This document shows, in pieces, positions 49,559 through 56,744 of a stretch of DNA of 64,000 bases. Position 1 is the first letter of the stretch, and every line of letters starts with the position of its first letter. A program made the position numbers and the translations under genes. The DNA lies in contig CAKPCF010000008.1 in NCBI GenBank assembly GCA_934141445.1, forward strand, positions 99-64,098, in the 5' to 3' direction. Origin of the DNA: an uncultured Clostridia bacterium (GTDB lineage: Bacteria; Bacillota; Clostridia; TANB77; CAG-508). Under the pieces are notes generated by a model. The model saw only the letters and a list, made by a program, of their open reading frames with translations, made no database searches and was not told where the DNA came from.

Positions 49559-52495
49559 ATGGAAGAAGAAATTATTATTTCAGATAGTGCGGAAAAAAGG
49601 AGATTCGATAAGGGGAATACAGGAGAGATAATTGAAATAATAAATCCTGATGGAAATAGATATTTGTTTAAACCAGCACAAGATAAGAGTGGTAATTTAA
49701 AGGAATATAGGGCATATATTCAAGTTGCTGCCTCAAAACTACAACAAATAATTTCACCGGATACAGCTGTAAAAGTTTCTTTAGCAACTGTTGATGGTAG
49801 ATTTGGTGCTGTTCAAGAATATAAAGAGGGTAGAAACCTTTACTTGTATAATGATGAAAAAAAAGAAATATACGAGCAATTATTAGGAGAATATGTAGTA
49901 GATTATTTGCTTTGCAATTATGACTCTCATAGTAGAAATTTTATAGTTACAAACGATAATAGAGTTTTTGGAGTTGATAAAGAACAAGCTTTTAGATATA
50001 TAGATGAACCAGATAGTAAAGATTTATATATGTCAACAAATTTTAATACTCTATATAAAGAAGAAGCTCCAATATATAATTATGTTGTTAGTAATGCAAT
50101 TTTTGGAATATATGGAATTGATTTTTTAGAAGAAATGCAAAAATATATTGAACGTCTACAAAGTATATCTAAAGCTGATTACATGGCTATATTTCATGAT
50201 TATGCTTTTTCAAAATGCAAAGGAGATGAAGCTAAAACACAAGAATTACTTAATAAAATTGTAGAAAGAAAAGAATTTTTTCAAGATAAATTTAAACAGG
50301 CATTTAGAAAGAAAGAAGAATTAGCAGAAAAAGGTGAGAAATATTTTCCAGATAGAGATCCTGATTTTTATGGAAAAAATATTCCAGAACCAGTCGAAGT
50401 TGATTATAATTATTTGTGGAGTGGTATTGATACACCTACAATTTATAAACAAGCATTTAGAAGTTTAGAATCATATAAAAATGATATTAGAGTAATACCA
50501 TTAAGTGGTGAAATTCCAGCAATATATTTTAGATGTGAAAACAATGATGATTATATAATTAGATTTGGTTCAGCAGAAAATGTTCAAGCAGACACAGAAC
50601 AAATTATTTTAAATTATGTGTTGGCAATGAGAGAAAATGGAAAATTTAATGTGACTTGTAATGAAGATTATGAAAATGTAGAAATTCAGACTAGAAGATA
50701 TGCATATCCGAATTCTTTGATTAAAAAATTACAAGAAGCTTTTCCAGAAACGAGTGATGATGCTGTAAGAAAATTAGCAATTCAGGATATAGAATATAAC
50801 AGAAGGAAAGGTGTAACTGGAAAAAGTTTACAAGAATCTGTTGCATATAGTTGTGATATGCTCGAAAAAGAATATAATCCTAAAAAAGTTGAACAACTTG
50901 AAGACCTTGCAAATGAATTTGATAATTTTTATAATAGAAAAACATATGCAAGACTAATAAATATTAGTGACATTAAAACTATTAATGGCAGACCACTTTT
51001 GACTTCAAGAAATGCAGCCAATAGACTTATTAAATATTCATTAAGAGATATTGATGGAACAAAAGTAGCTGATTTAAATGAGTTTTCTGAAAGTATACAA
51101 GAATATTTATTGAAAAACTTATATGATGGTAAAATAAAGATACCTGAAGAATATAAAAAAGCTTTAGATTTTTATAAAGGTACTCAATATGAGCCTATAA
51201 ATTCATTGACAAGGGGTGTATATGGGAAAGTTGAAAATGCAGCAATTTCAGTTCTGGATATCACAGAAGGTTTACTAAGGTTAGATGCTTTAGCTAATAA
51301 TATGCCATCAAGAAAATATGACATGATTATTAGAAGAATGGGAACTGGCACAAGTCAGACTATTGAAGAAGGAAGAAATAATCGATATGAAAGTTTAGTG
51401 TCTTTTGGTACAGATTTAGGTTCTGCTACAACTATGAATGCTGGAGTACGATATTGTAGAATTTTGAAAAAAGATGATAAGGCTTTTCCGGTTGAACAGC
51501 TTGCTCCTGAACAACAATTGAATGAAAAATCTGAAAATGAAGTTTTAACTATGCCATTTGAATATGTTACGGGGAAAGTAACAGAAGTGCAAGAAAAGTC
51601 GGGAAGAGTAAAAGAAGTTGAAATGACAAATATTAAAGATATTTCAATGGTTGATATGCTGTCAAAAAGAATCGAAGAGTTTAGTAAATATGAGGAAGAT
51701 AGATTAGCTAGAAGACTAAATGCTGAAAGAAAATTACAAGATAAATTAGGAAATATAGAAGAATGTAAAGAACTAAATATATTTTCAAAAAAAGATGAAC
51801 TTAGAGAAGAATACGAAAGCATATTATCTTCAAGTGTATCAGAAGAAAAAAAGAATGAATTATTGCGAAAAGCTTTTTTAAAAAAGGCTATGTTTGTAAG
51901 TATGGGATATGGTTTAAAAGTTTTATTAAGACTAATTGATGATCCAAATTTTTTAGCAGGACAAGAACAAGAGGAACTTTTAATTGATATGTTGAATGAA
52001 CCTAAAATAACTGAACAGGTTGCTAATAAATATAATATGGACTCTGAAACAATAAAGAAGATAAGAGATTACTTTAAATTAAACTCTGATACATCAGTGA
52101 AATCAACAGAACTTGAATCAGAAGTGGGAAAAACATTGGCTGGAGTTAATGAAGTTGCTAAAACTGATGCAATAACAGTATTAGATTATTATACAATTGA
52201 TAAAGAAAGAGTTAGCGCAAATATAACTGATGCTCAAAGAGCAAAAGATTTAATTGAAAAATATAAACAGCAACCATATATGCCTGAAGTTACAGTAGAG
52301 AAGTACCAAGATGAGGTATCTCCATCAATTACTACAGGTGATTTACAACAATTGACAGAAACAAGAAGATTTTCTAAAATTCAAGCAACAATTATAGGTG
52401 CAAAAAATTTTCTTTCTAATATATTTAGCAAAAAACATCATGTTAATGGAGAAATCGAACTACAAGATAAAAAGAGTGAAGGAAACGATAGATAA
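49559..52495 (+). CDS. Multidomain protein: N-terminal PI3K/PI4K-like atypical kinase motifs + central R-S-E ADP-ribosyltransferase domain
   Basis: No signal peptide or TM. Kinase-like: LFKPA (Lys38), AVQEY hinge, DSHSRN (aa 122-127, DxHxxN catalytic loop), GVDKEQAF (Asp140). ART: YKGTQYEPINSLTRG (aa 539-553), MIIRRMG (Arg), SLVSFGT, and ENEVL with Glu659/Glu661 (51533-51541). Confidence 0.75.
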   Translation: MEEEIIISDSAEKRRFDKGNTGEIIEIINPDGNRYLFKPAQDKSGNLKEYRAYIQVAASKLQQIISPDTAVKVSLATVDGRFGAVQEYKEGRNLYLYNDEKKEIYEQLLGEYVVDYLLCNYDSHSRNFIVTNDNRVFGVDKEQAFRYIDEPDSKDLYMSTNFNTLYKEEAPIYNYVVSNAIFGIYGIDFLEEMQKYIERLQSISKADYMAIFHDYAFSKCKGDEAKTQELLNKIVERKEFFQDKFKQAFRKKEELAEKGEKYFPDRDPDFYGKNIPEPVEVDYNYLWSGIDTPTIYKQAFRSLESYKNDIRVIPLSGEIPAIYFRCENNDDYIIRFGSAENVQADTEQIILNYVLAMRENGKFNVTCNEDYENVEIQTRRYAYPNSLIKKLQEAFPETSDDAVRKLAIQDIEYNRRKGVTGKSLQESVAYSCDMLEKEYNPKKVEQLEDLANEFDNFYNRKTYARLINISDIKTINGRPLLTSRNAANRLIKYSLRDIDGTKVADLNEFSESIQEYLLKNLYDGKIKIPEEYKKALDFYKGTQYEPINSLTRGVYGKVENAAISVLDITEGLLRLDALANNMPSRKYDMIIRRMGTGTSQTIEEGRNNRYESLVSFGTDLGSATTMNAGVRYCRILKKDDKAFPVEQLAPEQQLNEKSENEVLTMPFEYVTGKVTEVQEKSGRVKEVEMTNIKDISMVDMLSKRIEEFSKYEEDRLARRLNAERKLQDKLGNIEECKELNIFSKKDELREEYESILSSSVSEEKKNELLRKAFLKKAMFVSMGYGLKVLLRLIDDPNFLAGQEQEELLIDMLNEPKITEQVANKYNMDSETIKKIRDYFKLNSDTSVKSTELESEVGKTLAGVNEVAKTDAITVLDYYTIDKERVSANITDAQRAKDLIEKYKQQPYMPEVTVEKYQDEVSPSITTGDLQQLTETRRFSKIQATIIGAKNFLSNIFSKKHHVNGEIELQDKKSEGNDR

Positions 52496-52504
52496 GGATA
52501 AAAT

Positions 52505-52954
52505 ATGAATAAAGTTGAATGTAATTATGCAAAAATGTTTTCTGAATTATACGAAATTTTCAATTATTTACCAAATGAGCTACTGAGTAAAATACCAGAA
52601 GAACTTAAAGAAAATATTATAAATAACAGAGATAAATTATATAAATATCAATATAATTCAGAGTTAAAAATATATGAAAATCAAATGATGGATGAAACCA
52701 AGGATTTTATAGCAGGCTTATATTTAAATTATATGTGTGATCAATCAGAAAAAGATGTGCTACTTAAAGAATGTACAGAAAATGATATGAAATACGAAAA
52801 AATGTTAAGAGAAAAGTATAATCCAGATGATATTTTTAAAAATGAAATTATGGTAGAAAAAACTTCAAAAAATAATGAATTGATAGAGTATAAAGAAACT
52901 TTTTTAAAGAAAATAATAAATAAAATTAAAGGAATATGGCATATAAATTTATAG
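52505..52954 (+). CDS. Small hypothetical protein coupled to the kinase-ART gene
   Basis: Starts 10 nt after the upstream stop, with RBS AAGGA. 149 aa, acidic and helical. No recognised motif. Confidence 0.7.
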   Translation: MNKVECNYAKMFSELYEIFNYLPNELLSKIPEELKENIINNRDKLYKYQYNSELKIYENQMMDETKDFIAGLYLNYMCDQSEKDVLLKECTENDMKYEKMLREKYNPDDIFKNEIMVEKTSKNNELIEYKETFLKKIINKIKGIWHINL

Positions 52955-52985
52955 TTTACTATATATTCAATTTATGTTACAATAT
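52947..52985 (+). repeat. Promoter-like direct repeat, copy 1
   Basis: ATTTATAGTTTACTATATATTC (22/22 identical to 54497-54518), then TTACAATAT. Reads as -35 TTTACT (52955-52960), 17-nt spacer, -10 TACAAT (52978-52983), upstream of the 53019 gene. Confidence 0.6.
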
Positions 52986-53018
52986 TATGTAGTATTATAT
53001 TATTGAAAGAGGGATTTT

Positions 53019-53600
53019 ATGAAAGAAAATGAAGAAATTAAAATAGGTTTAAAATTTGCAATTATAATAATTATTATTGGAGTAATGGCAGGAATATTTT
53101 TTAAAATTTACAAATTAAATGGTGTTAAGAATTCAAATGATATTATGGCGAAACAAGAAAATACAACTGGGGGAAACAATATATTAAATACGGAAGATAT
53201 AGAAAATAAAGAAAATACAAAAGATAATGAAAATAAAGAAAATAGGGAAGATACAAATGATAAACAAATTCAAATAACAGATGAAATCTTAAAAGGTGAT
53301 TGGAAATTTGAAAAAGTAACAGATAAAAATGGCAATGAAATTAGTCCAATGACTATATTTGGTTCATTAGGTATTACAGGTGATTTTACATTCTATGATA
53401 ATAAAAAATTTACTAACAACATTACAGGTGGTAGATCTTCTGAATTTATAGATGATGGAATTTATACAATAAAAAATAATACTACAATAGAATTAAAATA
53501 TGATGATGGAAGAAACGGCGAATTAACTTATGATGTTGAAAATGAATTTTTAATAGATAATGAAAATGACTATATATTATATATGTCAAAGAGAACCTAA
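53019..53600 (+). CDS. Membrane-anchored hypothetical protein
   Basis: RBS AGAGGG. TM (FAIIIIIIGVMAGIFF). ENKEN repeats. Beta-rich C-terminal domain. Confidence 0.7.
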   Translation: MKENEEIKIGLKFAIIIIIIGVMAGIFFKIYKLNGVKNSNDIMAKQENTTGGNNILNTEDIENKENTKDNENKENREDTNDKQIQITDEILKGDWKFEKVTDKNGNEISPMTIFGSLGITGDFTFYDNKKFTNNITGGRSSEFIDDGIYTIKNNTTIELKYDDGRNGELTYDVENEFLIDNENDYILYMSKRT

Positions 53601-53624
53601 ATAAATAGAAAATAAGGCAATAAT

Positions 53625-53653
53625 AAAAGTTCCAGCTCACGCTGGAACTTTTT
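53625..53653. terminator. Bidirectional terminator between convergent genes
   Basis: AAAAGTTCCAGC (53625-53636) pairs with GCTGGAACTTTT (53641-53652), with a 4-nt loop. Confidence 0.85.
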
Positions 53654-53665
53654 AGTTATATGTTA

Positions 53666-54463
53666 TTATTGTATTGAACCAACATTTTTGATTTCTGTGA
53701 TTTTTCCTGTAGTATAATCTTTACTTAATCTATATACTTGTGTTTTAGAATTTTCACCTTCAGTTTCAGATATTAAAACAACTTTACCAAAATTAAAAAT
53801 ATCTATAATACTTGTATTAGTAATTGTAGTTGACATTTCAAATTCTTTTGAGATTGTTTCATTATTTATTTTTGCATTTATGATTGCTGTGTTTTTATTT
53901 TTGTTTGTAACTGTATAAGTAGCATCTTTAACCATATCAGCACCACAATTTATAGTTCCAACTAATTTAATTTCATTGTTAACTAATTGATATATACTTA
54001 CACCACAATATTCGCCACCTGAATCAGCAACTAATGCAACAGTACCTAAAGTTGGAAGTTCCATTGTACCAGTATTTAAAATTTCAGCAGACATTTCAAA
54101 CTCTTTTGTAACAGTTTTATCATCTTTAGTAGCAGTTATTGTTGCAAATATTCCATCTTTAGTGTTAATTGAATAAGTTACTTTTGATGCTGTATTATTA
54201 GTTGTTTCTGAATTGTTAGAAGAATTTGTCTGTGTTGTTGAGTTCTCATTTACAGTTTCTGATATTTTATTTATTTTTTCTTGTAAATTTGTAAGTTTTT
54301 CATTTAAGATATTTACTTGAGATTGAAGAACAGATGACTTATTTACTTCAGTCATTTTTTCATTATAAAGTTTGAACATAAATGTAGACATTACTATTAT
54401 TACTAGTATTGCTAATATTAAAAATAATGTTGATAAATTTAACTTTGTAACTTTTTTCTCCAT
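53666..54463 (-). CDS. Membrane-anchored hypothetical protein with internal duplication
   Basis: RBS GGAGG. N-terminal TM, coiled coil, and two similar ~70-aa halves (TKEFEMSAEILNTGTMELPTLGTVALV and SKEFEMSTTITNTSIIDIFNFGKVVLI). Confidence 0.7.
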   Translation of the reverse strand: MEKKVTKLNLSTLFLILAILVIIVMSTFMFKLYNEKMTEVNKSSVLQSQVNILNEKLTNLQEKINKISETVNENSTTQTNSSNNSETTNNTASKVTYSINTKDGIFATITATKDDKTVTKEFEMSAEILNTGTMELPTLGTVALVADSGGEYCGVSIYQLVNNEIKLVGTINCGADMVKDATYTVTNKNKNTAIINAKINNETISKEFEMSTTITNTSIIDIFNFGKVVLISETEGENSKTQVYRLSKDYTTGKITEIKNVGSIQ

Positions 54464-54496
54464 ATTGATTTTCCTCCAATTTTAATAAAATTATAT

Positions 54497-54534
54497 ATTT
54501 ATAGTTTACTATATATTCTATTTTTTTACAATAT
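54497..54534 (+). repeat. Promoter-like direct repeat, copy 2
   Basis: Same 22-mer as 52947-52968, plus TTACAATAT at 54526-54534. It points rightward toward attL and has no downstream gene. Confidence 0.55.
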
Positions 54535-54566
54535 ATTTATGGAGTTGCTCTAAAGAAAAATTATGA

Positions 54567-54656
54567 TAAATAGCAAAACAAAAAAGCTTGATATTTCAAG
54601 CTTTTTTTTGTGGTAGCGAAGATGTGATTTGAACACATGACCTGCCGGGTATGAAC
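54567..54656. repeat. attL: 90-nt direct repeat (displaced tRNA-Met 3' end plus its terminator)
   Basis: Matches 62926-63014 except for one loop base (TATT vs TAAT) and T8G vs T7A. Similarity stops at ...GGGTATGAAC|A (left) vs |C (right). Confidence 0.85.
54611..54656 (-). pseudogene. Orphan 3' fragment (46 nt) of tRNA-Met left by prophage insertion
   Basis: Identical to 62969-63014. It covers the anticodon-stem 3' side through CCA and lacks the 5' half. Confidence 0.8.
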
Positions 54657-54703
54657 AATGAAATAGATTTGAAAATCTAATTTAATTGATTTGCGTGTCG
54701 AGT

Positions 54704-54731
54704 AGGTGCAAAGCACCTAGTGGAACGAAAC
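54704..54731. repeat. Conserved hairpin motif, copy A (just inside attL)
   Basis: AGGTGCaaaGCACCTAgtGGAacGAAaC. Matches 59800-59827 at 21/28 positions. The core is the palindrome AGGTGC-N3-GCACCT. Confidence 0.6.
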
Positions 54732-54743
54732 GAGATAGCAAAG

Positions 54744-55475
54744 TTAAATTTTTCTATAAGTTTCTGCAAGTATTCTTGAAAATGTTTTATCTAAAAATTC
54801 TAAACTATATATGTTACTTGTTTTTATATGAATTAGTTCTAATTGAGCTTCATCAAAAATTTCATCTAAGAAAGCATCTCTTTCTTGTCTTTTTTTCTTA
54901 TAATGCGTTTTGTCATCTAATTCTATACAAAAAAGTATTTTACCTAAATTATTACATATTGTAAAATCAATACTTTTTCTATTTATTTTATTTTGAAGAG
55001 AATTAAATCTTGAACTCCAATGGTTTGACTCATTAACTTCTAATATTTCGTAAAGAATTACTTGGGCAAATACAGTACATTTGTATTTAATAGCAATTTC
55101 TTTTAAAACTTTGTAAAATTTTGTTTCATTTTCTGTCATTAGATATTCTTTTCTTTTATATCTAGGTACTACTCTATATTGTAAAACATTGTCAGCATTA
55201 TATATATTTCTGACAACTCTTGTTTCTGTTTGGATTAGTTTATTGTATTTATCAATATTTTCTTGTTCTAATTTTTTGTCATTTTCTTCTTGTTTTTTCT
55301 TTAAATTTTCTTCTTTAGATTTGAAGTACAATTTTTGTTTTAATAGAGCATCTTGTCTTTTTTGATATTCTTTTATTTTCTTTATTATCCATTTGCCTAC
55401 ATAATAATAAAATAATATTTCAATAAGGCAAGCTATTAGTGCTCCAACATATTTAATATAATTCATATTTTTCAC
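54744..55475 (-). CDS. Membrane-anchored DUF2726-like (nuclease-fold) protein, prophage accessory gene
   Basis: GTG start overlaps the repressor stop by 4 nt. TM, coiled coil, then a DUF2726-type pattern (TENETKFYKVL...VFAQV...INRKSIDFTICN...LFCIELDDKTH...RDAFLDE). Confidence 0.7.
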   Translation of the reverse strand: MKNMNYIKYVGALIACLIEILFYYYVGKWIIKKIKEYQKRQDALLKQKLYFKSKEENLKKKQEENDKKLEQENIDKYNKLIQTETRVVRNIYNADNVLQYRVVPRYKRKEYLMTENETKFYKVLKEIAIKYKCTVFAQVILYEILEVNESNHWSSRFNSLQNKINRKSIDFTICNNLGKILFCIELDDKTHYKKKRQERDAFLDEIFDEAQLELIHIKTSNIYSLEFLDKTFSRILAETYRKI

Positions 55476-55684
55476 TTTCTTTTGTATGGATTTGGATTAT
55501 CTGTCAATTCAACAATGTAGTCAATTGATGTTTTATAAATTATTGCTAATTTTTTTAAACTTTCTATTGGTATTTGTCTTTTTTCACTTTCATATTGCTG
55601 ATATGTATTTTGCTTACAATTTAGCAATTCAGCAATTTGATTTTGCGTATAGTCGTTATCTTCTCTTAAATCTTTTAATCTCAT
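55472..55684 (-). CDS. XRE-family repressor (prophage)
   Basis: 70 aa. HTH_3 segment LKDLREDNDYTQNQIAELLNCKQNTYQQYESEKRQIPIESLKKLA. Divergent from the structural operon. Confidence 0.85.
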   Translation of the reverse strand: MRLKDLREDNDYTQNQIAELLNCKQNTYQQYESEKRQIPIESLKKLAIIYKTSIDYIVELTDNPNPYKRK

Positions 55685-55711
55685 ATTATCGCCTCACCAT
55701 TATTATAAAAT

Positions 55712-55783
55712 ATCTCTAATTGAGATATTGACAATTATCTCATAATGTGATAATAATAAATACGATAAATCTCATTTCGAGAT
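55712..55783. promoter_or_regulatory. Divergent control region: two ATCTC-N5-GAGAT operators flanking a rightward promoter
   Basis: ATCTCTAATTGAGAT (55712-55726). TTGACA (55728-55733), then TGTGATAAT/TAATAA around 55746-55756. ATCTCATTTCGAGAT (55769-55783) sits directly before RBS AGGAGA. Confidence 0.6.
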
Positions 55784-55794
55784 AGGAGAAACAA

Positions 55795-55944
55795 ATGAAA
55801 GAAGATTTTGTAAATGTAAAAAGAGATTGTTTCGCATATAAAAGAGGCTATGAACCCGAGCCACCTCATTGTGAAGCTTTAAACAAGTTATATTGTGAAA
55901 CAGAAGAATGTAAATTTTATAAGAAAAGAGGAAAAACAAAATGA
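55795..55944 (+). CDS. Small Cys4 protein (49 aa; not in ORF track)
   Basis: RBS AGGAGA. MKEDFVNVKRDCFAYKRGYEPEPPHCEALNKLYCETEECKFYKKRGKTK. ATGA overlap with the next ORF. Confidence 0.5.
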   Translation: MKEDFVNVKRDCFAYKRGYEPEPPHCEALNKLYCETEECKFYKKRGKTK

Positions 55945-56201
55945 AATTTGTTGAAGATTGTAGATTTTTAAAATTAGAGATTGCTAAAACAAAGAAAGAC
56001 AATAAGGAATATGGTTTGTTATCTGTACTTGATTCAGATAATAACTCACATAAATTTTATATTTTTGATGATTTGAAAAACAGATTCTTGCAAGCTGGCT
56101 TAAAAGAATTTGAACCTTTTAAAATTGTTTTTGAAACATATGAATCTGATAAGGCGTGGGCAGTAAGGATTTTAGACTTTGGAAGAAGAGACAACAAATA
56201 A
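55941..56201 (+). CDS. 86-aa protein, size and position of a phage ssDNA-binding (g5p-like) protein
   Basis: Translationally coupled. About 87 aa, like Ff gVp. Beta-rich. The call rests on position only. Confidence 0.4.
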   Translation: MKFVEDCRFLKLEIAKTKKDNKEYGLLSVLDSDNNSHKFYIFDDLKNRFLQAGLKEFEPFKIVFETYESDKAWAVRILDFGRRDNK

Positions 56202-56373
56202 TACAACTTTAGATACGCCAGCATATAATCCAGAAATTGCTGAAAGATTAGATACAATAATTCAATATGAAAATGCTCATTACTCAATATCTTTATTTAC
56301 TATTGCAGTAATTTCAGCAATATTTGTAATCTATCTTTTATATAAGTTTATAACTCATTTTTTTGAGTTTTAA
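56179..56373 (+). CDS. Small protein with C-terminal TM (minor-coat-like)
   Basis: TTG start. 64 aa. Hydrophobic stretch SLFTIAVISAIFVIYLLYKFI. Confidence 0.4.
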   Translation: MEEETTNNTTLDTPAYNPEIAERLDTIIQYENAHYSISLFTIAVISAIFVIYLLYKFITHFFEF

Positions 56374-56467
56374 TAAATAGTTTTTGAACTTGTACTATAA
56401 CAAGCTCCTCTTTGGTTTTATCGATAAAATACACAAAAGAAAAAATTGAAGAAAGGAGATACAAAAG

Positions 56468-56626
56468 ATGAACGAAGTATTATATACAGTAACTGCAGAG
56501 ACAGTAGCACCAATCACAAGTGCTATTTCATCTGGTTTAACTACTTTAATGCCAATAGGAATTGGTATTATGGCAACATTTATTGGTATAGGAATTATAA
56601 AAAGAGTAATTTACTCATTCTTATAA
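56468..56626 (+). CDS. Major coat protein candidate (52 aa, Pf3-like, no signal peptide; not in ORF track)
   Basis: RBS AAAGGAGA 7 nt upstream. MNEVLYTVTAETVAPITSAISSGLTTLMPIGIGIMATFIGIGIIKRVIYSFL has an acidic N-terminus, a Gly/Ile-rich TM and a basic C-terminus. The listed ORF 56446..56748 is in another frame. Confidence 0.65.
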   Translation: MNEVLYTVTAETVAPITSAISSGLTTLMPIGIGIMATFIGIGIIKRVIYSFL

Positions 56627-56744
56627 TTCATAAAACTTTTTCCAATAAGAACATCCAATTGAATATTTTTACAGAAGATAACAGAATTGCTCTTAAATTT
56701 TTGTTATCTTCTTTTACTTTAAAGAAAGGAGAAAATAAATACAA

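Noticed and set aside
51355-51822. 155-aa minus-strand ORF inside the kinase-ART gene
   Set aside because: It gives a Ser/Leu/Phe-rich antisense translation, and the + strand carries the ART motifs in this very region.
54611-54656. A second functional tRNA gene
   Set aside because: Only the 3' 46 nt are present. There is no 5' acceptor strand, D arm or anticodon loop. It is the displaced att fragment.
54686-54964. 92-aa + strand ORF at the left end of the prophage
   Set aside because: It starts with TTG inside the conserved hairpin motif and runs antisense to the DUF2726-like gene. It has no RBS.
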